The notes under the pieces are model-generated. The model did no database searches. It was not told the DNA's origin and worked only from the letters and a program-made list of their open reading frames with translations. Position numbers and translations under genes: made by a program. DNA of 64,000 bases from an uncultured Phycisphaerales bacterium (GTDB lineage: Bacteria > Planctomycetota > Phycisphaerae > Tepidisphaerales > Tepidisphaeraceae). Of this stretch, positions 1-10,360 are shown piece after piece; positions within the stretch are counted from its first letter, which is position 1; each line of letters begins with the position of its first letter. The stretch covers positions 4,800,001 to 4,864,000 of the forward strand of contig CAVWLP010000002.1 in NCBI GenBank assembly GCA_963755915.1, read 5' to 3'.

Positions 1-1
1 A

Positions 2-1695
2 AAAAGAAACAAGCTCGGCGCCGCCGGGATCTTCGAATGGTCGCTCGCCGCCGCGCTCACCGTTGCCTGGCTCGCCTTCCACATCCGCTTTTTCCTTCAC
101 GCCGGCGCACTGTGGCGCGATGAGGTCAACAGCGTCGATCTGGCGACCAGCCCCACCATCTCCGACATCGCCGCCAACCTTCAGCATGATTCCTTCCCCA
201 TCCTCTGGTTCGTCTTCATCAGATTCTGGATTCGCTGCGGAATTGGAACGTCGGACCCGGGCCTGCGCGTCTCCGGCCTCCTCACCGGCCTGGGCATGCT
301 CGCCGCAATCTGGCTTAACGCCCGGCGCTTCCGATATCGCACGCCCATTGCAACCCTCACCCTCCTCGGCTTCGCCAGCGCGATGGTCATCTATGGCGAC
401 TCCATCCGCGCCTACGGCCCGGGTGTTCTGCTCGAATTGCTCACGCTCGGCCTCATCTGGGACGTCGCCACTCGCCCCAGCCCCTTGCGCATTTTCGCCG
501 CCCTCGTCATCTCACTCATGGCCGTCCAAACCCTCTTCTACAACAGCGTCATCCTCTTCGCCCTCTGCAGCGGCGGCATCCTCGTCTGCCTCGGACATCG
601 CCATTTCAGGCGGGCCGCGATCATCCTCGCCATCGGCATCGTCTGCACCATCTCCATGCTCCCCTACCGCGTGCTGACGGTCCGCTCCGCCAGCTTCCGC
701 GCCATGCTTATCCACTCCCCCACCATGAGCTGGCTCGTTTCCAAGTTCGTCGAATCCGTCGGCTACGACAAAGACAATCCCGCCGCCGGCAGCCCCCACA
801 ACGCCTGGATGTGGGGCATCGCGATCGTCCTTTCCCTTTTGGTCGCCCTGACCGCCTCCCGTCGCTTTCGCGGCTCCACGCCGCGGGGCCAGCCTCTTCC
901 CCGCGACATCGATTTCCGAAAAGACGTCCTGATCTATCATCTCACCGTCCTCTTCCTCGGCATCGGCGGCTATTGGATCTTTCTCCACGCCCTCGCCTAC
1001 ACCATGCAGCCCTGGTATTACCTCGCCCTTCTCGCCCTCATCGCCTCCTGCATCGACGGCCTTTTCAGCTCGCTCCCATCCACCGCGGTCCGTGTATCCT
1101 TTTGCCTCGCGGCAATCTGCTTTTGCGCTTCCAACTTCAGACCCGTCTGGCACGACGCGGGCCTGCGAAAAACCAGCATCGACTTCATCGCCGCCGATCT
1201 CCCTGAGTTTCAGCGCCCGGAAACCTCATCATCATCAGCCCGTGGTTCTATGCGATCACCTTTCAGCGCTACTATCACGGCCCCACCGAATATCTCACCA
1301 TCCCACCCATGGATTTCATCAAGTACCAGAGATACGAGCAGATCATCCCCGCCATGGAAAACACTCACGCCATGGATCCGGTCCTGAAGCGCATCGCCGC
1401 TACGCTCAGCAGCGGACACGACGTGATTCTCCTCGGCGATTTCGAATACCCCGATTCAGCTGCCACCCCTCCAAAACTGCTCCCCCCAGCGCCGAACGCC
1501 CAAAGTGGCTGGGAAGACAGCCCATACTATTTCTCCTGGAGGGACCAGATCACATTTTTTCTGCAATCCCACACCGTCGGCTGGAAGCGCATCGATGCCC
1601 CGGTCAAGGGAATCAGCGGTTACGAACATCCAAACGTCTTCGCCCTGTGGGGATTCGTCAAACAGCCTCTCAACCCCAAACCGGCCGCGAAATAA
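2..1695 (+). CDS. Polytopic membrane protein, GT-C/GT39-like glycosyltransferase (5' partial, frameshift near 1200-1220)
   Basis: Frame is open from the window edge (KRNKLGAAG...HAGALWRDEVNS, with an LWxDE motif after the first TM) and has many TM segments. The C-terminus continues in ORF 1309..1695. Confidence 0.6.
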
Positions 1696-1698
1696 TTT

Positions 1699-3976
1699 CT
1701 ACTGCCTCGGATCCCCATACAAAATCCCCCGCCCGTGCGTCCCCACATAAACCCGCCCATAAATCCGTGGATCGCCGGTGATCTGCAAAATCAGTCCCCA
1801 TTGATGCTGATCATCATTGATCCTCACCCAGCTCTTCCCGCGATCATCACTGCGAAAAATTCCCGGCTGCCCGTTCAAATCCCCCACCACATAAATCGCC
1901 GGATAGTCTGCCCCCGGCGCAGATTTCCCAAACCCAAACGCATGAATATTCACCGGCCCTCCCACCCCCGTAAACCCCGACGGGCCGACCGGATGACACA
2001 GCCCATCATGCGACGCCAGCCACAAATCCCCTTCCCGATCCGGCGCGGGATAAAGCTGGTCCTGCCCCCCGCGCATCGCCCCGATCCTCTCCGGGCGCGG
2101 GCGGCGCAGATAAAAACATCGCCGTCGAAAATTTCTCTCCCCCATCCACGCTCCAAAAATATTCCCCGCCCGCCACGTCCACCCCATAAAACTTCATCGG
2201 ATTCACGGGATCCGCCACCGGCCGAACCCCCTCCTCAAGTCCCGCGCACCGCTTCCACGAATCCCCCCGATCCGTCGTCAAAAATGATCCGGCCCCCGGC
2301 AACGTCCAGATCCACCTCGTCCCATCCGCGTTCACCGCCACAGACCCATCCCGGCTGTTAAACCCCGGCCCCTTTTTCGCCTGCGTCCACGTCTTTCCCT
2401 GATCCAGCGAATACGCCAGCCCCGGCCCCCCTCGATTCTGACCTCCCGCCAGGTCTCCGCTCCGCACCAGCAGCATCGGGTTCCCCGTTGCCATCGCCAG
2501 GCCCGTCGTGTTCCCAAACCGCGGATTCGTATTCACATCCGCCGGAGGGTTGTCCACGTCCCAATGCTCAAAACTGCCATAATCCCCAATCGCCGAGATC
2601 AGGTGCGGACCAACCTCCGGGCTGATCAGATGCAGCGCCACCGTCTCCTCGATCCCTTTACTAAATACGCTCCAGTGCGTCGGCTTCCCCTCATCGGCAT
2701 TGGTCAGATCAAACGTCTCCCACCCGCCATATCCCGTCGTGAACATTGCATGATTCGGATCGCACGGATCGATCTGAATATCCAGCAGCCAATGGATCGG
2801 CGTATGATGCACATACGGCGCCCCCGAATAATCGTACACGCCCCCACCCGCATAAATCCCCCGCCACGATTTCCCCCCATCCGTGCTGCGATAGAGCTCC
2901 TCGCCCCCCGGATGCCCAAACGTGCTGGCGATAATCGCATCCGGATTGGCCGTATCCACCGCGACCGCCCCATACCCAAACGCCTTCCCATTGATCGGGT
3001 CCGGTTTCTCCGGCGTAATATCCGTCCAGACGCCGCTGCCCGTGTCAAACTTCCATATCGCCCCATTGGTCATCCGCGACGGTCCCGGCGCTGTCCCATA
3101 CGAAAAATAAATCACGCCGTTCGAAGCCATCACCCCATGCGAAGGCCGCAACGAAGTCGGCTCCCCCGCAACCACATCCCACGTCTGCCCATGATCCGTA
3201 CTGCGAAAAACACTCGCCTGCCTGACCAGCGACGCCCCCACATAAATCGTCCCACTTCCCTTCCCCGCCGACCCGCTGCGCGGATCGAAAATCTCAAATA
3301 CAATCCCTGAAGACCGCGGCGAAAAACCAAACCGCCGCCCCATCGGCCGCGTCGAAGGTCTCTCCACTACCTGCGGAAAACTATCCACCTTCTCCCACGT
3401 CACTCCGCGATCCAGGCTGCGCCACAGCCCATTCAGTCGAGAGCCAAAATAAATCACGTTCCCATCATTCGGATCGACTTGAAGTCTCTCCCCATTGCCC
3501 CTCCCATCCTCATTGCCCCCCATCTTGAACGGCAAATCCGTCCGCTGAAAAGTCCGCCCCCGATCATCCGACCGCAAAATCGCCGCGTTGGGCGACGTCG
3601 CATTCGTATACATCCCACACGCCAGATAAACCCGATCCGGATCCGATGGATCAATCGCAATGCTCTCCACCCCCATCAGATTCGTATCCTTATAGGAAAC
3701 CCAATCCAGTATCGGCTGCCAGATTTTCTTGGCATCATCCCACCGATACGCCCCCCCGATATCTGTCCGGCAATACCTCACGCCCTTCGCCGACGGATGA
3801 AACACAATCCCATCCACAAACCCCCCGCCGACGATCTGCACACTTTTCCAAACATACGGCCCCGTTGCCTCCGGCGCCTGCACCGACTGCGCCGTCCGAT
3901 TCCCACTCCCCACGCACCCGCACAAAATCGGAACCACCAGAAGCCACAGCCCACGCGACGATTTAAATGTTTTCAT
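1699..3976 (-). CDS. GH74 xyloglucanase-like / BNR-repeat beta-propeller lipoprotein (frameshift near 2100)
   Basis: GGGFVDGIVFHP, RTDIGGAYRWD, GNEDGRGNGERL, repeated SxDxGxTW boxes and C-terminal GDPRIYGRVYVGTHGRGILYG. Lipobox-like LCGC near the N-terminus. Confidence 0.85.
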
Positions 3977-4045
3977 GGATTCCCAAACCATACCGAGAAA
4001 CCCCCTCATCAGCAAGCGTTTTCTGCATGCGAATTCTCTGCATTT

Positions 4046-4088
4046 ACCCCCGCCCCCGGTACTCCGGTGGAGGCGGGGGGAGGGGGTT
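4046..4088. repeat. REP-like palindrome, CCCGGTACTCCGG family (intergenic copy)
   Basis: Shares core and flanks with copies at 27333, 27546 and 58639. Confidence 0.75.
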
Positions 4089-4130
4089 CGTCAGATGCCC
4101 TATCGATCAATCATCATTGCTTGAGCGCGA

Positions 4131-5150
4131 CTAAACCGGCAACGGATTCCTCTCCCCAAACCCCGCCTGATGCCAGTACGGATACGTCAACGGCAGCGCG
4201 CTCGCCTCATCCAATCTCTTCACCTGCTCCTTCGTCAAATGCCACCCCACCGCGCCCAAATTATCCCGCAACTGCTTCTCGTCCCGCGCCCCGATAATCA
4301 GATTCGCCACCGACGGCCTCTGCAGCAGCCAGTTCAGCGCAATCTGCGGAATCGTCTTCCCCGTCTCTTTCGCCACCTCGTCCATCGCATCCACAACCTT
4401 GTGCACATACCCCTCCTCAACCTGCGGCCCCATATCCACCACCAACTGGCTCTTCAGTCGGCTCACCGCCGGCTTCGGATGCCCGCGCCGAATCTTCCCC
4501 GTTAATCTCCCCCACCCCAGCGGACTCCACACCACGCATCCCACCCCCTGATCGACCGCCAGCGGCATCAGCTCCCACTCATATTCCCGCCCGATCAAAC
4601 TGTAATACGCCTGATGGGCCACATACCGCGCCAGTCCATATCGCTCCGACACCGCGATCGACTTCATCAAATGCCACCCCGAAAAATTCGAGCACCCGAT
4701 GTACCGAATCTTCCCCGCCCTCACCAGATCATCCAGCGTCCCCAGCGTCTCCTCCACCGGCGTCAGCGCATCAAACCCATGCAACTGATACAGATCGATA
4801 TAATCCGTCCCCAGTCTCCGCAAGCTCCCTTCCACCGCCTCGATCAGATGAAAGCGCGAAGACCCCACATCATTGGGCCCCTGCCCAGACCGAAACGTCC
4901 CCTTGGTCGAAATCAGCACGCGATTTCGCCGTCCCTTGATCGCCTTCCCCAGGATCTCCTCGGCCACGCCGCTGGAATAAATATCCGCCGAATCAAACAT
5001 CGACAGCCCCGCCTCGAGGAGGTGAGTCGCCCCCTCCGCATCGGTGTTTCCCCACTCCTTAAAGAAATCCCCCTTCCCCCCAAACGTCCCCGTCCCCAGA
5101 CTAAGCACCGGCACCTTCAACCCCGACCGACCGAGCTGGCGAAATTCCAT
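4131..5150 (-). CDS. Aldo/keto reductase
   Basis: LGRSGLKV, FDSADIYS, LISTK, SLRRLGTDYIDLYQLH, WSPLGWG motifs; SD AAGGAG. Confidence 0.95.
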   Translation of the reverse strand: MEFRQLGRSGLKVPVLSLGTGTFGGKGDFFKEWGNTDAEGATHLLEAGLSMFDSADIYSSGVAEEILGKAIKGRRNRVLISTKGTFRSGQGPNDVGSSRFHLIEAVEGSLRRLGTDYIDLYQLHGFDALTPVEETLGTLDDLVRAGKIRYIGCSNFSGWHLMKSIAVSERYGLARYVAHQAYYSLIGREYEWELMPLAVDQGVGCVVWSPLGWGRLTGKIRRGHPKPAVSRLKSQLVVDMGPQVEEGYVHKVVDAMDEVAKETGKTIPQIALNWLLQRPSVANLIIGARDEKQLRDNLGAVGWHLTKEQVKRLDEASALPLTYPYWHQAGFGERNPLPV

Positions 5151-5228
5151 GATGGCTCCTTAAAGCCCCCATTCTGCTCGCCGCCCAAAAAATATTCCAC
5201 CGCCAAGAGGCGCGAAGAAAAAACAATC

Positions 5229-5294
5229 GTTTCGAATTTGCTCATTCGAATTTCGAATTTGATTCGTCATTCGAATTTCGAATTTCGAGTTTCC
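5229..5294. repeat. Heptamer-based (TTCGAAT/TTTCGAA) dispersed repeat
   Basis: Tandem degenerate 7-mers, similar to 7504-7641, 12652-12710 and 48600-48652. Confidence 0.75.
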
Positions 5295-6711
5295 GTCCCA
5301 GCTCACGGGCCACGGCGGCAATCGCGCCTTCCCAATCCCCCGCGCACTTCTGTCGAAATAACTTCACCGTCGGATACCACGGACTATTCGCGCGCTCGAG
5401 CATCCACCTCCAGTCCGGCGGAAACGCGATCAGCAGCCACGTCTCCTTCCCCATTGCCCCCGCCAAATGCCCCGCCGCCGTATCCACGCTGATCACCAGA
5501 TCCAAATTCGCAATCAGCCCGGCCGTCTCCGCAAAATCCGTGAGCCGCCCCGACCAATCCGCCACCTCCAACCCCACCGGCGGCGGTGAAGTCCCAAGAC
5601 TGTGAAACCTGCATCCTTTCACCCCCAGAATCGCCCCCCATTTCTCCAGCGGAATCGAACGGTTCCGATCATTGCGATTCGCCATGTTCCCCGCCCAGAC
5701 AATCCCAACTTGCCTGACGCCCTCCGCGCGCCCGATCCTCTCCTTCCACTTCCGAACGATCTCCTCATCCGCCGAAAGATATGGAATATCCGCTGGTATC
5801 GTCCCCAAATCCGTCCCAAACGCATTCGGCAAACTCGGCAGCGCACACTGAAAATCAAACCCCGGCAAACCCTGCCCCGCCACAACAAGCTTCTCAACCC
5901 CCGGCACCCTCCCAAACAGCCGCGCCAACGCCGGCGCACACTCCAAAATCACCGTCCCCCCCTTCGCCGCCACCATCGGCACATACCTCACAAAAAAAAT
6001 CGCATCCCCAAACCCCTGCTCCGGAAAAATCAAAACCCTCTTCCCCGCCACATCCTGCCCCATCCACTGCGGCTCCCGAAACAGGCGCGGCGTCACCGCA
6101 TCCGCACACCACCTCCGCCACTCATATTCCTTCCACCCCTCCCCCAAATTCCCCGTCACCAGTTCCATCAACCCCAGATTCATGTGCGCCGCCGAATATC
6201 CCGGCCGCTGCGCAATCGCCTTCCGATAACACTCCCCCGCCCTCTCAAACTCCCCCAGACACGCCGCCACCGCACCCAAACATAGCTGCGCCTCCGGCAT
6301 GTCCGGCTTCAGCTCCACCCCCTTCACCGCCTCCACTTCGGCCTCCCTGAGCCTCCAACTGTCCCGCAGCACGTTGCTCAGATTCACGTGCATTTCCGCC
6401 AGCCCGGGTTGAAGCCGCACCGCCTCCGAAAAAGCCTCAATCGCCTCCCCCAGCCTCCCCGCGCTCACCAGCACGTTCCCCAGGTTCGTCAGCGCTTCAT
6501 AAAAATCCGCTTTCAGCGCCACCGCCTGCCGAAACTCCCCGATCGATTCCTCCGCCTGCCCAGCGATATTCAGCGCAATCCCCAGCGCATAATGCACCCG
6601 CGCTGCCCGCGGCTCCTGCATCAAAAACCGCCGGCAAACGCGTATCGCCTCCCCCGGCTTCCCCGCATTGATATGCCGCGCCGCCGCTCGTAACACTTCT
6701 TCTGACCGCAT
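5242..6711 (-). CDS. TPR-repeat protein with C-terminal GT9-like glycosyltransferase domain
   Basis: N-terminal TPRs, then EQGFGDAIFF, VGIVWAGN, DLVISVDTAAGHLAGAMG, DWRW...SPWYP. Confidence 0.9.
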   Translation of the reverse strand: MRSEEVLRAAARHINAGKPGEAIRVCRRFLMQEPRAARVHYALGIALNIAGQAEESIGEFRQAVALKADFYEALTNLGNVLVSAGRLGEAIEAFSEAVRLQPGLAEMHVNLSNVLRDSWRLREAEVEAVKGVELKPDMPEAQLCLGAVAACLGEFERAGECYRKAIAQRPGYSAAHMNLGLMELVTGNLGEGWKEYEWRRWCADAVTPRLFREPQWMGQDVAGKRVLIFPEQGFGDAIFFVRYVPMVAAKGGTVILECAPALARLFGRVPGVEKLVVAGQGLPGFDFQCALPSLPNAFGTDLGTIPADIPYLSADEEIVRKWKERIGRAEGVRQVGIVWAGNMANRNDRNRSIPLEKWGAILGVKGCRFHSLGTSPPPVGLEVADWSGRLTDFAETAGLIANLDLVISVDTAAGHLAGAMGKETWLLIAFPPDWRWMLERANSPWYPTVKLFRQKCAGDWEGAIAAVARELGRKLEIRNSNDESNSKFE

Positions 6712-6797
6712 AGTCCAACATCCGTTTTCCCATCGCGCCCGATTTCTGTCCAGTCACTTGACCTGCGCACAGCGCTGGAATAATCCGCGTCCAAACG

Positions 6798-7496
6798 ATG
6801 GATCTCGCCCGCACCGACCCCATCCCCCATCCCGCCGTCCATCGGCTCAGCCTCTATCTTCGCCAGCTCGAATCCTTCAAGCGAAAAGACCGCCGCACCA
6901 TCTCCAGCAAACAGCTCGGCGAAAGCCTCAACCTCACCGACGCCCAGGTGCGCAAAGACCTCGCCTACTTCGGCCAGTTCGGCCACCCCGGCGTCGGTTA
7001 CCGCGTCGACGACCTCATCGCCCAGGTCCGCAAAATCCTCGGCACCGACAAAACCTGGAACGTCCTGCTCGTCGGCGCCGGAAACCTCGGCCGCGCGCTC
7101 CTCGCTTACAATGGTTTCGACGCCAAAGGCTTCCGCCTCGTCGCCGTCTTCGACGCCGACGCCACCAAAGTCGGAAAACGCCAGGGTCCCTTCCCCGGTC
7201 AACCCGGCTCCGACCCCGCCACCAGCAAACGCTTCTTCACCATCCAGCCCCTCACCGAATTAAAATCAACCATCGAAAAACTCGCGATCCGCCTGGCCAT
7301 CCTCGCCGTCCCCGCCGACAATGCCCAGGAAGTCGCCGACCAATGCGTCGAAGCCGGAATCCGCGGCCTGCTCAACTTTGCCCCCGTCTCCCTCAAAACC
7401 GCCCCCGAAATCGCCATCAAAGCCGTCGATCTGGCCGTGCAACTCGAACAGCTCTCCTTCCAGGTGAATTTCACGCCGCTCGAACAACCCAAGTAA
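6798..7496 (+). CDS. rex: Redox-sensing transcriptional repressor Rex
   Basis: RLSLYLR, ISSKQL, QVRKDLAYFGQFG..GVGY, VGAGNLGRAL, LNFAP. Confidence 0.95.
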   Translation: MDLARTDPIPHPAVHRLSLYLRQLESFKRKDRRTISSKQLGESLNLTDAQVRKDLAYFGQFGHPGVGYRVDDLIAQVRKILGTDKTWNVLLVGAGNLGRALLAYNGFDAKGFRLVAVFDADATKVGKRQGPFPGQPGSDPATSKRFFTIQPLTELKSTIEKLAIRLAILAVPADNAQEVADQCVEAGIRGLLNFAPVSLKTAPEIAIKAVDLAVQLEQLSFQVNFTPLEQPK

Positions 7497-7503
7497 TTGG
7501 GGT

Positions 7504-7641
7504 GAAACCCGAAACCAGAAACCCGAATGGCGAATCAATGACCGAATGACCGAATTCCGAATGATTGCCGCGCCGGCATCCCCATTCGTCATTCAATCAT
7601 TCGGATTTGATTCGGAATTCTGGTTTCGGGTTTCGGATTTC
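7504..7641. repeat. Inverted pair of heptamer-repeat arms between convergent genes (likely bidirectional hairpin/terminator)
   Basis: GAAACCCGAAACCAGAA...GAATGA is complementary to TCATTC...TTCTGGTTTCGGGTTTC. Confidence 0.75.
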
Positions 7642-7646
7642 CGCCT

Positions 7647-8831
7647 TCACGCCCTGAAATTCCCCACCAACTCCACAAACATCCTCATCCCCACCCCAAT
7701 CGCCGCATCCGTAAAATCAAACCGATCATTATGCAGCGACGGATACCCCCCCGCCCCCACCGGCTCCACGCCCACATAAAAAAAACACCCCGGCACCTTC
7801 TCCAGATAATACGCAAAATCCTCCCCTCCCATCGTGGGCCTTCCCGCCATCAAAAACCGCTGCGCCCCCAGCGCTTCCCGCGCCACTTTCGCCACATAGT
7901 CCGTCATCTTCGGATCATTCACCGTCGCCGGATACCCCTCCGTCCACTCAATCTCCGCGGAACATCGTGAAGCACTCGCCACCGCGCCGATCCTCCGATA
8001 AATCGCGCTCTTCATCGCCGCCCGCGCCCCCGAAGAAACCGTCCGTGCCGTCCCCTCAAACACCGCTTCATCCGGAATAATATTCGTCGCCGTCCCGGCA
8101 CGAACCATCCCCACCGTCACCACTCCCGGCTCCGTCGGATCCACTTCCCTGCTCACAATCTGCTGCAAATCCAAAATCGCCTCCGCGGCCGCCACGATCG
8201 GATCCGCCCCCATGTGCGGAAACGCCCCATGACACCCTTTTCCTCGAATGGTCGCCTTAAAAACATCCGTCGCCGCCATGATCGCCCCCGCCTTCGTCGC
8301 CACCGTCCCCACCGGCAGCCAGGGCCACCCATGTAACCCAAAAATCGCGTTGACCCTCGGTCCGATCCTCCCATCCAACCCCCCCGCCTTCACGATCCTC
8401 TCCGCCCCCCCGCCATTCTCCTCCGCCGGCTGAAAAATCAGCTTCACACAAACCCCCAGCCTCTCTCGCATTTCATTCAAAACCCCCGCCGCCCCCAGCA
8501 GCGTCGCGATATGCCCATCATGCCCGCACGCATGCATCCGCCCCGCATGTTCGCTCGCATACGTCAGCCCCGTCTTCTCCAAAATCGGCAACCCATCAAT
8601 ATCCGCCCGCAGCGCCACGCACGGCTTTTTCACATCCCCAATCACCCCGATCGTCGCCGTCGCCGCCCCCTCGACCCCATCGATATGTTGAATTCCCATC
8701 CGATCAAGCTCCCCCCGAATCACCCCCGCCGTCTTAACCTCCTCATACGCAAGCTCCGGAATCCGATGCAGCCGATGGCGCAGCTCCCTCGCCTCCCCAA
8801 GACAGGCTTCAATGGCAGACTCACAATTCAT
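7647..8831 (-). CDS. M20 family amidohydrolase
   Basis: LHRIPELAYEE, ALRADIDGLP, MHACGHDGH, FQPAEE, GGEDFAYY. Confidence 0.95.
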   Translation of the reverse strand: MNCESAIEACLGEARELRHRLHRIPELAYEEVKTAGVIRGELDRMGIQHIDGVEGAATATIGVIGDVKKPCVALRADIDGLPILEKTGLTYASEHAGRMHACGHDGHIATLLGAAGVLNEMRERLGVCVKLIFQPAEENGGGAERIVKAGGLDGRIGPRVNAIFGLHGWPWLPVGTVATKAGAIMAATDVFKATIRGKGCHGAFPHMGADPIVAAAEAILDLQQIVSREVDPTEPGVVTVGMVRAGTATNIIPDEAVFEGTARTVSSGARAAMKSAIYRRIGAVASASRCSAEIEWTEGYPATVNDPKMTDYVAKVAREALGAQRFLMAGRPTMGGEDFAYYLEKVPGCFFYVGVEPVGAGGYPSLHNDRFDFTDAAIGVGMRMFVELVGNFRA

Positions 8832-8837
8832 CGCAAT

Positions 8838-9194
8838 TCATGTCCGTTCTGCCAGAAAGTATAATTGCCCATCCTGGTCGATTCTGATGAATCTGAACCG
8901 CTCAACATAACCAAGAGCCTCAATCATTCTCGCCGCGACCGCCATGATCGACGGCAAGCGGCTATCCCCAGTATCGATCTCAATCACCGTCAAAGGCAGC
9001 AGCTCCAGATTCTGCTCAAACTTGATCTTCTTATCGACCGTAACCATCACGGCAAATCGCGCCTCGGCCGCCGCAGCCAGAAGCCGTCCGTTTTCAAGCC
9101 GCTCCCAGCCTTGATCTTTTGCGTGCGAAACTGCGTGCCCCTCAAAGATGGTCTTAGCCCGATACGGCATGCAGTTGTCCAGCAGGACGTTCAC
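8838..9194 (-). CDS. DUF5615 PIN-like toxin
   Basis: GTG start overlaps the upstream stop (GTGA). (M)NVLLDNCMP...GWERLENGRLL...VTVDKKIKFEQNL. Confidence 0.8.
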   Translation of the reverse strand: MNVLLDNCMPYRAKTIFEGHAVSHAKDQGWERLENGRLLAAAAEARFAVMVTVDKKIKFEQNLELLPLTVIEIDTGDSRLPSIMAVAARMIEALGYVERFRFIRIDQDGQLYFLAERT

Positions 9195-9478
9195 AGTTGC
9201 CGCAGTCCTTCGAGCAATCCGCGCGCTGCCAGGTCGATCACTGCCACCGCCTGTTGACGTGTCACCGGCGGAAAGTCTTGAAGAAAAATCTCCAGCGAAT
9301 CCCCCGCTCGCAAATGATCGAACAGATGCTGAATCGGAACCCGCGAGCCCACAAAACACGGCTCCCCATGCATCCGCGCCGGATTAACCGAAACATAGGG
9401 CGCGAGCGGACTATCCCCCGGAATCAATTCCCGTTCCTGCCGCGGCCCTGGATTTTGCAAAGTCTTTATAGCCGCCAT
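9191..9478 (-). CDS. DUF433 antitoxin
   Basis: SVNPARMHGEPCFVGSRVPIQHLFDHL..G.S.E.FL.DFP signature; coupled to the DUF5615 gene. Confidence 0.9.
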   Translation of the reverse strand: MAAIKTLQNPGPRQERELIPGDSPLAPYVSVNPARMHGEPCFVGSRVPIQHLFDHLRAGDSLEIFLQDFPPVTRQQAVAVIDLAARGLLEGLRQL

Positions 9479-9542
9479 AAGGAAATCAATTGTATCGCAC
9501 CAGCCCCATTCGGTCCAAAACTCTTTCGCCCAGCCCGACAAT

Positions 9543-9640
9543 AAATGCATTTTTGCCACAGATATAAATCAGATTCACACCGATAAAAAAACCAATTCAT
9601 CTGTGTTCATCTGCTTTAAATCTGTGGCAAAAATGCATTT
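9543..9640. repeat. ~98-bp palindromic element with perfect 21-bp arms
   Basis: AAATGCATTTTTGCCACAGAT (9543-9563) pairs with ATCTGTGGCAAAAATGCATTT (9620-9640); inner ~9-bp CAGAT periodicity. Confidence 0.85.
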
Positions 9641-9691
9641 CTCCGTGCTCTCCGCGCCCTCTGCGGCGAATCTCCCACCCCAATAACATAC

Positions 9692-9719
9692 GAAGCAGGC
9701 CGCACGCTCGGCCTGCTTC
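9692..9719. terminator. Hairpin downstream of the small coiled-coil gene
   Basis: GAAGCAGGCCG/CGGCCTGCTTC stem; a second hairpin GCCACGGCC/GGCCGTGGC is adjacent. No clear U-tract. Confidence 0.45.
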
Positions 9720-9782
9720 TTGATCCGATTGCCACGGCCCTTCTGGCGAGAGGCCGTGGCGGATATTCGTTGATTTCAAGCC

Positions 9783-10058
9783 CTAATCTGCCGACCCGCC
9801 GCCAGTCGTCTCCTCCAGCATCTTCCGCAGATAAGAATTCTCGCGGCGCGTCGCTTCCAGGTCGAACACCAGATACTTAATGCTGAGCCGAAGATAATCC
9901 AAACTCTCCTGCAGGCTGCTCACCGTCTGCCGCAGCCGCTCGTGTCGCGCCCGCGTTTCATCCGCAAGCTTTTCCAATTTTTGCCTTTCGCTGGGGGGCA
10001 GCGTGCTGATCTCTCCCATCAGCTCCGCAAGTTTGTTATGAAACTCATGCTCGTTCAT
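9783..10058 (-). CDS. Small coiled-coil hypothetical protein (91 aa)
   Basis: MNEHEFHNKLAELM...LDYLRLSIKYLVFDLEATRREN; heptad pattern; purine-rich RBS. Confidence 0.8.
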   Translation of the reverse strand: MNEHEFHNKLAELMGEISTLPPSERQKLEKLADETRARHERLRQTVSSLQESLDYLRLSIKYLVFDLEATRRENSYLRKMLEETTGGGSAD

Positions 10059-10360
10059 GGCTTTCTTCTTTCTCTCCGAGAACGCGATCCTTTGGACCGC
10101 TATGCTCATTGCCTGAGCAAACGTTAGACCACATCCATGTACGACTGGCGATCCGTCGCCCATCCTTTCCATTCCCACAACCGCCCCGCTCCAACCGCGT
10201 CGCGGAGAGCGCCCATTCCTTCCACAGCGCCAGTCCCACGCCTAGCGGCCGCGACAACTGTTACGGCCTGTCGCCCCCGCTCAACATCCGTCCGCCCCCG
10301 CGATGCAAAAACACCGCATCAACAAATCTCCCGTTGCCTCCGCCGCACGCTTCCGCAAAG

